DNA of 64,000 nucleotides from Macrostomum lignano (GCA_002269645.1 NIVC01002533.1:1-64000), one strand, 5' to 3'. Positions 12,067 to 30,451 are shown, counted from the first letter of the stretch. Numbers and translations: made by a program. The notes: a model not told the origin generated them from the sequence alone.

Positions 12067-12187
12067 CTCAGCCATGGAGCTGCTCGAGTGCCTTCGGCTG
12101 CTCAAGGGCGGCTGAGTCGCTGCCGAGGTGCTGACAGAGCTGATGTGCTGCGCTGAGTTTGAGATGCGTCTGAGAATGGAGGAGGGA
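12067..12187 (-). other. Upstream exon of the ankyrin gene unit (ends ...SSSMAE|GTGAGC)
   Basis: TTTTAAG acceptor and GTGAGC donor. Homologues at 33558-~33728 and 48536-48656. Coding status is unclear. Confidence 0.5.
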
Positions 12188-12199
12188 CTTAAAATGACG

Positions 12200-14212
<2,013 letters not shown>

Positions 14213-15140
14213 ACTCACCGGTTACTCTTTGTGAACTGTGCTGTGAGGATTCAGAAGCAAAACAGTAAAGTTATGCCTGTAGCTTCTGTAGCTTCTCTGC
14301 TCCAAAAAGCCAATGCAGTCGAAGAAAATTCTCGAGTCTGCCTGAGGCCGATGTGAGCTGAGGCGCTCCAAGAGGCCCCTTCTGCATCTCTTAAAGAGAA
14401 GCTCGAAACGAAGAAAGGCTGGTATCAGGATAGGAAATCATGGCTGATGATTAGGATCGAGAATCAAGAATGGAAATCATGATTGGGAAAAATGATTGGG
14501 GATCATGAATGGGAATCATATGATTGAGATCAAGATTATTAGTTGTTTCCCAGGGGTTCACGCCCCGCATGTGTTCAAGGCAGCTCTAGGGCTGCTGGAC
14601 TGACTGGGCTCCGGCGGCGGCAACCCATCTGTGGCCTGCTGGCCAATTTGGGTACGGGCCCCGCCCGGAAGTGAACCTGTGCGTATCAGGTACCTCTGGC
14701 CACGGCTCTGAGGAACAGGTATCACCCTCTGACCTTAACAGGGTATGCGGCCAGTCCGCAAGTTCCGGGGACGGTCTCTTGTCCCCCTAAAGGGCCCAGT
14801 GTAGTACCGCGCTGATGGACCTTTGGTTCGGCCTCTGGTTTTTCCAAGCCGGGCCCTTAGCCGGGGAGTTTCTCGGTTGCCAGCGGTCGGGCCGGTAAGG
14901 GCTTAAGCCACCCCCCGGTCGCTACCTCTTGGCCTGGCTGGTGGGTTTGGGGCTACGGCCCAGCGGCTTTTCACCTTTAGTCCCCATTCGCCTTTCAGCG
15001 ACTCATTCATTTACATCCACACGTCCGAGGCTGCTGGAGCACCAACCGAGGTTGGTACCGCGGTCCAGCCGGACATTCGCAACACCGGAACCCCCGGTGC
15101 CTCCCAGTCAGCCCCTGCCGCCGCTCAGGACAATACCGGA

Positions 15141-16467
15141 GTGGCTGGACAACAGGACAGCGGACCTCAGCCCTCTAAGAAGAAGGCCCGTAGCATTGCT
15201 CGCTACAAAGCTTTTCTCCAGCGCAAAGCGGAGGAACGGAGGAGTGCGAAAGCCGCCCCTCCGGCCGCCTCCGAGGAGGGTGCCGGTAACTCTGCAAATC
15301 CCGCGGAGGAGCCGACATCCGACAAGGGGGTGGACCCCGCGCGCCGGTCAGATGCGTCAGGTGTCGCCGAAGCTCCTGGTGCGGCTGGCCCCTCCCGTGA
15401 CGGTCCCTCTGCCCGTGTGGAAGCTCCCACGGCCGTGGAGGGATCCAAAGCGGTGGGTGCTGGCCAAACCACAAGCCGAAGCGCACCTATGCGGCTATGG
15501 CCAAGAGGCAGCCGGCCCTGATCATTCAAGGCCAGGAGATGCCTCTTACGGCTGAACAGCTCGACCAAATCTGGCGCAGGTTGGACTCCCACCTGGTCAA
15601 GATGGCCTTGAGCGGCACTACTATTCGAGTCCAAAAGACGAAAGTCGAGGACCAAGCCCTCCATATCCAGCCCGCCGACAGCCAGTCTGGGCAGCAGCTC
15701 CTCGAGATGCTGAAAGCCTTCGACTGGGGTACGGAGCTGGAAAACCTGTTTATCTACAGGGAGGACGAGCGACCCCGGACACACCGGCACCGTGCCTGGA
15801 TTCCGGCTCGCAGCTGCATCACCAAGGCCGACGAGCTGCGTCGCCTGCTAGTGGCTACCAACCCGGAGCTACCGGCCAATGGCGTCGTAGTTCACGAGAC
15901 CATCTCCAAGCCGGGTGGAGACGGTTTCATGGCTATTTTTGGACTGTCGGATAGCTGGATGCTCCACTATCCGGACTTGTCCATCATCTCTGTCGAGCTG
16001 ATGCAGATTCAGCTCTTTAGCTTTGAGTCTGACGCCACTCGCCCACCGCCCCCAGAGAAGCGAAAGCGGGCGAGCGGGGGCTCTGCCGGGCGGAAACGCT
16101 CAGGAAAAGAAGCTTCCGTTCGTCACAACCCTTCCGAGGACGTGGACCCTGTCAGAGGGAAAGCCGCGAAAGCTGCAGCAACAGACGGACGTGGAAAGGG
16201 CCGGAAACCCGCCCGGAATACTATCCGCTCTGGTCTGACTCAGCGCGCGAAGCAGCTGCTGGACACCGCCAAGGCCAACAACCGCAGCAACCCCCAGCCC
16301 AGTGTCACCACTGCTGCCCCCCCCCCGGAAAACCGGATCGAGAGACAGAATGCCGCCCAGGTGGCGGCCCCGGCCTCGACCATGGAGACCATGCGGGAGG
16401 AGCCCATGGAACTGGAGTCTGGAGCTATCGGCGAGGCAGAAGAGGCGGCTCTCCTGCACAACTCGCC

Positions 16468-16471
<4 letters not shown>
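15141..16471 (+). pseudogene. LINE ORF1 (frameshift near 15500; DUF4780-like RAWIP..LL..NP region)
   Basis: ORFs 15141-15521 and 15497-16471 lie directly upstream of the APE ORF. The domain call is by motif resemblance only. Confidence 0.6.
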
Positions 16472-20028
<3,557 letters not shown>

Positions 20029-22499
20029 CTGCCCGTGGTCGCCAGGGGTTAGAGAAATGGGCGGCAATGCCTCCTTGCTGTTTCCGGACGCACGGAACCC
20101 CCTGCAGCTAAGTCAAGTAAGTCAAGGGCAGCAATGCCGCAGTGCACCGGCCGAGTCCGAGTCCTGTGGATGTAGACCGACCACTTTCCAATGATAAATT
20201 CGCTTAGCTGCTCAGAAAAATGTGATTAAATCGTGCTCAAAGCAACCAATTACATTTTAGCAGTTTAGTGTTTTAACATGTTGTAGCCTATACTATACAG
20301 TACAGTGTGATTATGTAGTAGCTAACGGAAGTGGGGCTTACTGGCCTGGCCAGAGGGCTACCAGCTGGCTGGATTGGAGTGGTTGACAGTTAGAGGCCTA
20401 TAAAAGCCCACTATGCCCTATGGCATTATAGTTTTTTGAAAATGAAAGCCCAGTGGAGGCTGGAATAGTTAATATATAAATTGAAACTACTATATTGACA
20501 ATATTGTAAGCCCTATTGGCCATAAATTAAACCTAGTAGTATGGTATTAGGGCCTATTATTAATATTGAAAATGAAATTGAAAATGCATTCACTATGTTC
20601 ATTATAGGCCCTTGCTTGGCCTTAGGCCTAGGCATTTATAGCATACTACTGAAGTACATAAGTTGAAGCCTTGAGGCCTAACATTTCAATCTCAAAAAAC
20701 ATTTTTACAGACAACCATATTGACCTTGTGGTAGCTAAGACCTAAAACTGATAGCTTTAGGCCTACTGTTTTGAGTATTCTTTAAGAACCATTATTAGTC
20801 AATTTTAGGCTTAAATTTGCGGTCCGTGTAAACACGAAATAATTTTTCCCCAAAACTACTTTAACACCGGAAAATTGTAAATAAATTCATTTGCTCGTGA
20901 TTAAGCATGCTGAATTCGGTCCAATTTAAAGTTTATTCACCAAAAATTAATTTGCTATTCTCCTATTGTATTCTTTTTGCGAGCCTCGAGCAAAATGTTC
21001 CGCTGAGGAAAGTAAAAGGGCAGTGGAATTGTCCTAAAAGCAAACAAGCTGCACCCAATTTACTAACAGTTAACAATGTGATGTGAAGCAGGCCGTGCCC
21101 GTCAGGCCCTATTTATGGCTACATGCACAGCCATTGAATGGGAAGGACTTTGACCGACTTCCCACGGGCACAAAAGCGGGCACTGCCGATGTGATACGCA
21201 GCCATGCAGGTCGCGAAACACTTGCGCTCTGTTCTGATGAGGAGCGCAGTGACTCAGAAGAGGGTGGCTGTTTTAAACCTTGACTAATTATGCACTAATA
21301 CTCGTACTTACATTTGCGCGTACATACTGTACATCTACATGTACTTGTAGTACACGCGCTCTCGTATAAATATAAATATACAGCTACTTGAACATCATGT
21401 ATTCGATGAAACCCTGAAACCCGCCGAGCGGCTGTACAGCTCCAACCAAGGGCTCTAGGCCTAGTACGCACACTAGGGCCTCGGTTAATCCGCTGGCCAC
21501 CAGCACCAAGACCAAGCTAGGGGATCTACGCCTCCAAGTTTTAACGGCCAAAATTCCAGCCATCATCTACAGCGAGGATTGCAAGCTCAACGACGCTAGG
21601 CGTATCGTTGATGCTGAGCTGATCGAGCTGTCCATGGAGGAACACTTCGTTGACGTCGTCAACTCAGCAAAGGCAGATGGCTGTATCTTCGTTTGGGGCA
21701 AAAACCAATTAAGAAAGCAGCCGCGTGTGCTTCGCGATCGCTTGCCCTGTTTCAAATGTTTTAAATCTCGGCAAAATCGCATTTACTACTGAAGACCAGC
21801 GCCCGCGATCTCAGCACTATACCGCTTCTGAGTTCCCTCTGCTAGCGCTATCAGATCTGGCGACCAGCTTCAGTGCATCGTGCCAATTAAGCAGTTCCCG
21901 GAGGAGAAGAGTGGCAGCTGGTTCACCATGGCACTATCCGCAAAGGAGTGGAAGGTTCCACACACAGTGCTCCTGGGCGACGCGTGTTCCAAATGGCTCC
22001 CGCACAAATCGCTAACTAGCTAATCAGATAAATATCCTGAACTGCCCAGAACGGGATGACAACAGAGGCAAGACCGGCAGGCGCACTGCGTCCGGTTTTG
22101 GAGCCAAGGCACCATCGGCAAAGCGGCAGACGCAGTCGGTCGACCCAAATCCCGGCAAAGCCGTCCGCGCTGCGGAATCGGCTCCGGGAAAACGCCGGTC
22201 CTGTCGCGGCACCCGTAAATCGGGTCTGATCAGGTGAGCTCTAGAATCCAAAAATTCTCTGAGGGCACACCTCGAGAGAACACGCGCAGCGAGAGCGACA
22301 CGCAAACAACTCGCAACCCCTCCGGCTCACTGCAGAATGAGACTGCCGCGCTTGCAACCCGGAACCTTCCGGTGAGGTTTTGGCTGTCGACAGCGACCAA
22401 AACTAAAACTAGAAACCTAGAGTCTATAATCCAAAACTAGAAAAGCCTCCGCGATGCTAGCGAAGTTGCGTCGGGTTGTTGGCACCAGTTGAGGCCCCA

Positions 22500-22806
22500 A
22501 ACTTTGACCCCAAAATGTCTCTGGTGGGTCTACCACCGCTATAGTCAGACCGCTATTACATGTTGTAAGACCGGCCATCCCTTTCGCCGGCTTTATCTGG
22601 AATAGTGACCTGCAAGTCAAGGGAGTTCTTGCAGCCTTAAACAGAGTGCAGCCCTTGTCGAGCCATCATAAGTGCTGCGCCCTCCACCTCTTTCGCCGGC
22701 ATGAACTCGATCCTTTCCGGACCGGAGGGCGGCGACGCCTCTCTGCTGCATCCGGATGGAGCCCCCTGCAACTACAAGTAATTAAGTTTAAGTACACGTA
22801 AGTCAA
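22500..22806 (+). mobile_element. Short deleted fragment of the same R1/LOA-like LINE family
   Basis: Similar to 18610-18800 (LWW.Y.AIVRP, FAGFIWNS) and to the 3' end GGAGCCCCCTGCAACTA...AAGTCAAG. Confidence 0.7.
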
Positions 22807-23782
22807 GGCTACGAGTCATACATTGTACATGTACCTCCAAGACTGGCACACACGCTTACAAGAAAATGACTATAATTTTCACGTTAAAATAATAATGCGG
22901 TTTCATGGAAATGATGGGTTTCGGCCTTTTCAGCATAAAAGCAATTCAGGGCCTCAGGCCTCAGAAAAGAATCAATTAGAGTTCTGGCCTCCCACTCCTG
23001 TCAGATGGTCTGCCCATAGCTAGGTAGCTTGATCAGTGGGCGAGCAGTCCCATATCTATAAAAAAGGGACAGCGAGAGACAAGCAGGGAAACTTTAAAAG
23101 GACTGAGATTAGCTAATCCGAGGATTAACTACATGTATAACCTGCAATCGCCAACCCGTCCGAACTGGTTCATCAAACCAGATCTCTCAAATCGGGCTTC
23201 CGACTAAATAATATGGTAGGTCGAAGAGCCGGGTGGAAGCTCCTGCACAGAGGCTGGGGACGTTAGGCTAGCAACAGCGGTGCTAACCTAGAATGAGTTG
23301 CAGCGTGTGGCGGAGGTTGGTCCAATGCTGGGGCCGAAAGGCGAGACCCCTGTAATTGCAAGTTTAATACATACTGCATTTGGAGTGCAGTTAAGGTATG
23401 TAATTGAACGCGCAAAAACCGGTGCACTCATCAGCAAGCAATAGCTGTCATCTGCCTGACAATGTCTCCACAGGCTGGACTTGTGCACTACCAGAGCTAC
23501 GTGAGGGGAATTACCAAGGAGTTGTTTGCGCGTTCAATTACACCTTAACTGCACTCCAGATGCAGTACTTGTGCAGACCCTAAGAAATCCCACTCTTCTG
23601 TCTTCAAATTGAGTGCAGTTTGCCGAAATTGAATATACGATGTCGAAATTGAATGCGGTTTGTCGAATTTGAATATCAGTTTGTCTAAATAGAAACTCGA
23701 GTTGTCGAAATTGAGTGCAATTTGCCGAATAGTTTCTCGGTTTTTCGAATTCGAATGCAGTTTGGATGTGCGGCCATAGCTG

Positions 23783-24172
23783 ATGCCGAAGATGAAAGCC
23801 AGTTTGCCGAAGATGAAAGCCAGTTTGCCGAAGATGAAAGCCAGTTTGCCGAAGATGAAAGCCAGTTTGCCGAAGATGAAAGCCAGTTTGCCGAAGATGA
23901 AAGCCAGTTTGCCGAACATGAAAGCCAGTTTGCCGAAGATGAAAGCCAGTTTGCCGAAGATGAAAGCCAGTTTGCCGAAGATGAAAGCCAGTTTGCCGAA
24001 GATGAAAGCCAGTTTGCCGAAGATGAAAGCCAGTTTGCCGAACATGAAAGCCAGTTTGCCGAACATGAAAGCCAGTTTGCCGAAGATGAAAGCCAGTTTG
24101 CCGAAGATGAAAGCCAGTTTGCGGAAGATGAAAGCCAATTTGCCGGAGATGAAAGCCAGTTTGCCGAAATAG
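23783..24172. repeat. 21-bp minisatellite GCCAGTTTGCCGAAGATGAAA (~18 copies)
   Basis: Direct reading; ~6 copies at the paralogous site ~37900-38035. Confidence 0.93.
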
Positions 24173-24729
24173 AACGCAAAAAGGTGTAGCAGCAAGCTGT
24201 GAAACAACACTGATAGCTGCATTTTCGGAAGTTTCGAATGCGATTTTAAAAGTAGGTTGACTTTGTTATAACCTGAGCTTGCCGGAACTGTAAATGTCAT
24301 GCAGGGTCGAACAGTAATGTGTCCGAATGCCGATCCAAAGATTTGGATGATACGAGTGAGTCGTGCAGTCACACCGTTGGTATTTCGTGTACATGCGAAT
24401 GTACGCATAAAGTATGAATTGTTGCTCACTGGGTTGCACGATGGAGCCGATTTTAGTGCAGAAATTTTCATGCTCACTTTGAATATCAAAACTGTGAGTA
24501 TCTACCGGCGCTCGGATGTTGGAGGCGGCGGTCACATTTGGCTGTGACTTCACGTGTCATCACGAACCCAAGCACAATGTAGCAATTATCTATGCTAAAA
24601 ATTACAATAACCGCACTCGCTGCTGTGTATTGAAACTGCTGCGTGGCTTGCAGAAAGAACTGTTTAAACGGCACACAGAAAATAGCCTGCACAAAACCTT
24701 TGAGTTCAACTAAAGTCCCATCCTTTTTG

Positions 24730-24975
24730 CGATCTCTCTCTACATCTGTCTACCTATCTACTTCTCTCTCCTCCTCTCTACCTCTCTGTCTCCCTCCCTT
24801 CCTCTATCACTCTCCCCCTCTCTCTACCTCTCTCTCTCCCTCCCTTCCTCTATCACTCTCCCCCTCTCTCTACCTCTCTCTCTCCCTCCCTTCCTCTATC
24901 CCTCTCCCCCTCTCTCTACCTCTCTCTCTCCCTCCCTTCCTCTGTCACTCTCCCCCTCTCTCTACCTGTCTCTCG
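24730..24975. repeat. CT-rich low-complexity tract
   Basis: Direct reading; shorter paralogue at ~38590-38700. Confidence 0.85.
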
Positions 24976-27274
24976 AGCGTTCTCGGAGAAACTGACGGCC
25001 CGCAGCCAAAGAATCCTTTGCGCATCTTTCGTACGAGCGGATACAGGCTGCAGTTGACAACGCCGTCCGGTCAATCACAGCAGCCGTTCGGACACTGGCG
25101 GGGGCGCAAGAGGCGCCTGGCGCTGAACCTGGCCGGCAGAGAAGCGCAGGAAAAACTGCGTCACAATTCTTCGCCGGTATTGAGAACGCCGCCGCTGCCC
25201 GCCAACTTTGCTTTACCGACACACATTCTGAGGAGAAGTTCTGCATAAGGGGTGGGTGTTCCTGTGCAGGCTCCCTCGTATTCAGAAAGCAGGAGCCGAA
25301 GCTGTCCAGTATCTCTGCTGGTCAGTGGATCGCGGCTAAATTGGTCATCCTGCAAAAGCTGATCAAGGAAAAACTCCCCGCGACTACTGGAAGCACTGAT
25401 GGTCTCCTGACTGACGTCCTTGGCTAGCTTGACTACAATCGCAAGATTGGAGAGCTGCTGGCCGAACTTTGTGTGATGGCCTGGGCTGGGGATCGCTCCG
25501 CAGCCCTGGCCATATGGTCTGCCGCTCCCACTGACTATGCTTGTTTGCACTCTGTTTGTTCCCCTCACTGACTCACCGGAGTCACCCCTTCTGAACACTT
25601 CCCCCATGCTACGTATGCACCATTCGTACGCGTGTTCCATGCATCGTGCCACAGCGCACCTGGCTATGTTGGGGCCCAGGAGCCCACAAATATATGGCAA
25701 AGCTAGACGATACGGTCTGGTTTACATCTCTTATTCCTGTCTGCCACTCGGGAGCCAATTCCCAGTGCATAGCGAATCAAGACTTCGTTCTCGAATCATT
25801 ACACTTTGGACTCGATTTAGTCTGAGGATTTGACCGACGACAGAGCGTGTCGCTCCTGACTCCAGTATGAGACCATGCAGTCCGCTCCTTCTACTCCTAC
25901 TTTTGCAGCTGCCATTCTGACGTGTCAATCAACTTAAATAAAACAAAAATAGGCTGAAATAATTTTCAGTTCCAAAGTCATCGCCAAATCGTTGATAGCG
26001 TTGAGTTTTGTACGATATGTACTTTAATTCATTGTAGGTAAAAATCGATCAGGAAATAAAAATGGATCAGCAAACCAGCTCACATCTGAGCATACCAGTC
26101 TACAAGAGCAAAAACAGGCAGTTATGTACGATATGTACTTTAATTCATTGTAGGTAAAAATCGATCAGGAAATAAAAATGAATCAGCAAACCAGCTCACA
26201 TCTGAGCATACCAGTCTACAAGAGCAAAAACAGGCAGTCGCTGACACTAAGGGAGGCCGTGAGGTCGCTGGCAGCAGCGGGTCCGGTCGGTCGCAGTTCA
26301 CGGAGCAGTCGGTGCAGCTGACCCAGCAGAAGCCGACGACAATTTTGGCCGGTTAAAGAAATCGGGGAGGTCAGCATCATGTGAAAGGTCGGAGAGGGCA
26401 AGTGCATTGTAGCGATGAAGCTGCATTGCAGATTCCCATTGACGCCTCGAAAGGCAGGCAAGCAAGGCTTGGATTGGAGGGTGGGGAAGCTTATCCAACA
26501 ACATGCATTACGTGACCGCTGAACAGACCTTGAACTCCGCTGCTTAAGCAACCAGTGACGTCATCACACGAGTGCAGCTGCGATTGGCTGAGGTGCGATG
26601 AGAGTTTGGGATCGTGGCACCATCAAGGCGTGCAAATAAGAGTTCGCTACACAGAGTAAAACAAATGTGGGCATAAAAGTGATTAATAAATAGTCACAAA
26701 AATCTGAATAAGCATGCGTAAGCCTGGGTAAAACAAACGGAGGTTTAATATTTTAGTCAAAAGATTCGTTCACACTGCCACAAGATGAACATCGCTTTTG
26801 AGTGCAGATTCCACGTCTTTTAAATATTTTCTTGTTTCTCTGTCCGTGCATAAGTCGCATGGCTTGGTGGCACTTTTCACTTTTCATGGCAGTCTAAACG
26901 CGTCTTAATTGACATGCCTAGGTGGGTCATGTTAGTAGTGAGTTGCGCGCACTCAGTGTCAGACACCCAGTGTCAGAAGCCACTGTAAATAAGAGCATGA
27001 GTTTTACGAACAGACAGCAATCAGTCAACGAAAAATAAACAACTTAGCATTAGCGACGCACAAAACGGATTAAATTAATCGGTGTCACCAAAAGTTATTA
27101 CTGCGATCATTTATGAAACAGATAAAATGTTGGGGAGGTCTAACGAAACAAAGTCTTTATAAAAAATTCATGGCTTCGGTGCTACTTCACACTACAACAG
27201 GGTCTGAGATATTATTAAATAAGTCTTCAGAAGTGTGCAAGATAATAAACAGTCAAAGCAAAGGCAAAATATGG

Positions 27275-27842
27275 CAGGGGCGTAGCCAGAGGGGGCAAGG
27301 GGGGCCGTGCCGTGCCCCCCCCCCCAATCACCAACTCTGGCCTTGGCGCCCCCCCCCTTAAAAGAAACTGGCGCCCCCCCCTAAAAGAAACTGGCGCCCC
27401 CCCCTTAAAGAAAGTGGCGCCCACCCTCTAAAAGAAAGTGGCGCCCCCCCCCCTAAAAGAAACTGGCGCCCCCCTATAAGAAAGTGGCGCCCCCCCTAAA
27501 AGAAACTGGCGCCCCCCCCCTATAAGAAACTGGCGCCCCCCCCCCTAAAAGAAACTGGCGCCCCCCTATAAGAAACTGGCGCCCCCCCTAAAAGAAACTG
27601 GCGCCCCCCCCTATAAGAAACTGGCGCCCCCCCCCTAAAAGAAACTGGCGCCCCCCCCCCTAAAAGAAACTGGCGCCCCCCCCCTATAAGAAACTGGCGC
27701 CCCCCCTATAAGAAACTGGCGCCCCCCCCCCCCCCTATAAGAAACTGGCGCCCCCCCCTAAAAGAAACTGGCGCCCCCCTATAAGAAGCTGGCGCCCCCT
27801 AACTCACGCCCCCCCCAATCAAAATTCCTGGCTACGCCCCTG
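27275..27842. mobile_element. hAT-type MITE with internal ~22-bp tandem repeat
   Basis: 15-bp TIR CAGGGGCGTAGCCAG / CTGGCTACGCCCCTG. 8-bp TSD AAATATGG (27267-74) / AAATACGG (27843-50). Internal GGCGCCCCCCCTA(A/T)AAGAAACT repeats. Absent at the paralogous site ~41000. Confidence 0.9.
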
Positions 27843-28393
27843 AAATACGGGGAATACTTATATGCGTACACATTGAAACAGTATAAGAGAAACTAATGGA
27901 ATTCTACCGCACTTACTAGTATACCTACTCTGCAACCATTAATTAGTAGTAAATTCTGGTGAAAAACCAAATAGGACTCCCAGCGCCAATTAGAACTTCC
28001 GCATTTAAGAGTCCTATTTAGCAGCATTTTGCTGACGTTCGCTTTCTACGAGCTACCTCTATTGATGAGAAGCCATGCTCAGCAATAAATTATACCAGCT
28101 GAATTCGCTTGGCGGTTCAACCGGATAATATTGAAGTTCTCTTACTTGTACCTCATCATTGAATCCAAGAATGTCAACGAATCTATTGGGACTGCTCATA
28201 AGTTATCATCATCCGTCAAATAAGTGGGCTGATTACGGGAAAATAAACGGACCAATCCGTGCATATTCCTCGGTATGTGAGCGTAACCATGGAATTAAAA
28301 AACATCACCAACAAAAAATCGTGTGTTGCCTTGCCAATAGCCTAAATATGCACTATTAACATAAAAACAGTTGTAAGTGCGCGAATAGCAGTT

Positions 28394-30259
28394 TTAGCGA
28401 ACTAATCTTGACAGTCGATCGAAAATTTGCCTGCTCTGACGTAGTTCGCAGATTGATAAAGCAGACCGACGTGAACTATCAGTGTCAGTGAGACAGTCTG
28501 GTCCGAGCTCGTTCACCAGCCACTCGAGTGCTGAGCTGCTCTCTTTATTGAAAGCAGCCCAGTGCACTGCAGTCCTGTTTTGCATTCCTCTCAGCTTGAA
28601 ACACTCGACTCCATTCATCTTCTCTTTGATGAACTGCATTGATTCCGCCTTCTGGAACCCAGCCGCAGTGTGGATGACTGTGTTATTGTTAGCATCTCTG
28701 TCAGTGAGACAGTCTGGTCCGAGCTCGTTCACCAGCCACTCGAGTGCTGAGCTGCTCACAGTATTGATAGCAGCACAGTGCACTGCAGTCCTGTTTTGCA
28801 TTCCTCTCAGCTTGAAACACTCGACTCCATTCATCTTCTCTTTGATGAACTGCATTGATTCCGCCTTCTGGAACCCAGCCGCAGTGTGGATGACTGTGTT
28901 ATTGTTAGCATCTCTGTCAGTGAGACAGTCTGGTCCGAGCTCGTTCACCAGCCACTCGAGTGCTGAGCTGCTCACAGTATTGATAGCAGCACAGTGCACT
29001 GCAGTCCTGTTTTGCATTCCTCTCAGCTTGAAACACTCGACTCCATTCATCTTCTCTTTGATGAACTGCATTGATTCCGCCTTCTGGAACTCAGCCGCAA
29101 TGTGAATGACTGTGTTATTGTCTGCATCTCTGTCAGTGAGACAGTCTGGTCCGAGCTCGTTCACCAGCCACTCGAGTGCTGAGCTGCTCACAGCATTGCA
29201 AGCAGCCCAGTGCACTGCAGTCCTGTTGATCATTCCTCTCAGCTTGAAACACTCGACTCCATTCATCTTCTCTTTGATGAACTGCATTGATTCCGCCTTC
29301 TGGAACCCAGCCGCAATGTGGATGACTGTGTTATTGTTAGCATCTCTGTCAGTGAGACAGTCTGGTCCGAGCTCGTTCACCAGCCACTCGAGTGCTGATC
29401 TGCTCACAGCATTGAAAGCAGCACAGTGCACTGCAGTCCTGTTGTTGAATCCTCTCAGCTTGAAACACTCGACTCCATTCATCTTCTGTTTGATGAACTG
29501 CATTGATTCCGCCTTCTGGAACTGAGCCGCAATGTGGATGACTGTGCTATTGTTTGTATCTCTGTCAGTGAGACAGTCTGGTCCGAGCTCGTTCACCAGC
29601 CACTCGAGTGCTGAGCTGCTCACTTTATTGAAAGCAGCACAGTGCACTGCAGTCCTGTTGTTGAATCCTCTCAGCTTGAAACACTCGACTCCATTCATCT
29701 TCTCTTTGATGAACTGCATTGATTCCGCCATCTGGAACAGAGCCGCAGTGTGGATGACTGTGTCATTGTCTGCATCTCTGTCAGTAAGACAGTCCGCTTC
29801 GAGTTCGAAGATCAGCCATTGGAATGTCGATCCATGATCTGTGAGATTCTCAGCTGCCTTATGCATCACTGTTTTCTGCCTGCTATCTCTTGCTTCGAAT
29901 GGGTTCCAGTCCGCTTCTACTGCCTGCAGCTTTTGTTTCAGGAACTCCATCGTCTCCGCAGTCTGACTCTTCGCTGCCAGGTGAGTCACCGAGTCGCCAT
30001 CGCTATCAACCAGCCGAAATATGTCGACCCCTTGCCCCATCTCCAGTAATCGTAGAACCGGCAGTCCGTCTCTGTCCCGAGCTGCAGCAAAAATGACGCC
30101 TTTGGCGAAGTCTTCTCCAGGTCCGACGATGTTCTCGGACACCTGGAACAGCAGATCATCAGTGAGCCGCTCGTCTCCAGCTGCTGCCGCCTGCTTGATC
30201 TGTCTGTAGAGATGCTGGGAGGCCTCGTATTCGCTGAACTCGCTGGGACTCAAAGCTCT
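28394..30259 (-). CDS. Ankyrin-repeat gene copy Ank2, main exon; 6 x 72-aa units; short C-tail
   Basis: Uninterrupted ORF of 619 aa in the track. CTAAT..ATTTCAG acceptor before 30259. Putative exon 1 at 30373-30447. Confidence 0.9.
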   Translation of the reverse strand, partial: RALSPSEFSEYEASQHLYRQIKQAAAAGDERLTDDLLFQVSENIVGPGEDFAKGVIFAAARDRDGLPVLRLLEMGQGVDIFRLVDSDGDSVTHLAAKSQTAETMEFLKQKLQAVEADWNPFEARDSRQKTVMHKAAENLTDHGSTFQWLIFELEADCLTDRDADNDTVIHTAALFQMAESMQFIKEKMNGVECFKLRGFNNRTAVHCAAFNKVSSSALEWLVNELGPDCLTDRDTNNSTVIHIAAQFQKAESMQFIKQKMNGVECFKLRGFNNRTAVHCAAFNAVSRSALEWLVNELGPDCLTDRDANNNTVIHIAAGFQKAESMQFIKEKMNGVECFKLRGMINRTAVHWAACNAVSSSALEWLVNELGPDCLTDRDADNNTVIHIAAEFQKAESMQFIKEKMNGVECFKLRGMQNRTAVHCAAINTVSSSALEWLVNELGPDCLTDRDANNNTVIHTAAGFQKAESMQFIKEKMNGVECFKLRGMQNRTAVHCAAINTVSSSALEWLVNELGPDCLTDRDANNNTVIHTAAGFQKAESMQFIKEKMNGVECFKLRGMQNRTAVHWAAFNKESSSALEWLVNELGPDCLTDTDSSRRSALSICELRQSRQIFDRLSRLVR

Positions 30260-30451
30260 CTGAAATCGGATTAGGCCGATAGTTATAATTAGTCTAGGTT
30301 AATTAAAGGCCTATGACATTGGCAGTGAAACTTAAGGACATATAGGTAAATTGCGAAAGGCAGAGCAGAAACATTTCCGCTCGGTTCGGTCGTGAGTGTC
30401 GTGCTATGTGACTGCAAAGTGGCAGAGCTGTTGTTTTCCGCTATCATGTTG

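Larger units (their letters stand above)
23370..28390. repeat. Segmental duplication, paralogous to ~37510-41610
   Basis: Colinear near-identical sequence up to the stop codons of Ank2 and Ank3. Differs in 21-mer copy number, CT tract length and the hAT MITE. Confidence 0.93.

Noticed and set aside
14541-14730. HDV-like ribozyme at the LINE 5' end
   Set aside because: Candidate P1, P2 and P3 pairings exist, but no consistent L3/P1.1 or J4/2 catalytic strand could be fitted by eye.
14769-14780. GACGGTCTCTT resembling part of a flatworm spliced leader as I recall it
   Set aside because: Only a short match within a LINE UTR hairpin; no donor site or Sm site follows.
20330-20770. AT-rich stretch with frequent AGGCCT/GGCC words
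   Set aside because: No regular period or defined unit; treated as low-complexity intergenic or intronic DNA.
21205-21255. GAAAC...CTGATGA inside a hairpin
   Set aside because: Spacing is too short for stems I and III; the motif sits in a simple hairpin loop.
23325-23352. GGGGCCGAAAGGCGAGACCCC resembling hammerhead stem II
   Set aside because: The CUGANGA core is absent and GAAAC reads GAGAC.
24962-25700. ORFs 24962-25246 and 25161-25700 (duplicated at 38689-39427)
   Set aside because: No recognisable motifs; their conservation is explained by the recent segmental duplication.
26011-26238. ~115-bp direct tandem duplication (also 39737-39965)
   Set aside because: Simple local duplication predating the segmental copy, with no functional signal.
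28482-29837. CRISPR-like look of constant blocks alternating with variable blocks
   Set aside because: The period is exactly 72 codons, the variable blocks are homologous to each other, and the whole array is an in-frame eukaryotic exon. No cas genes are present.
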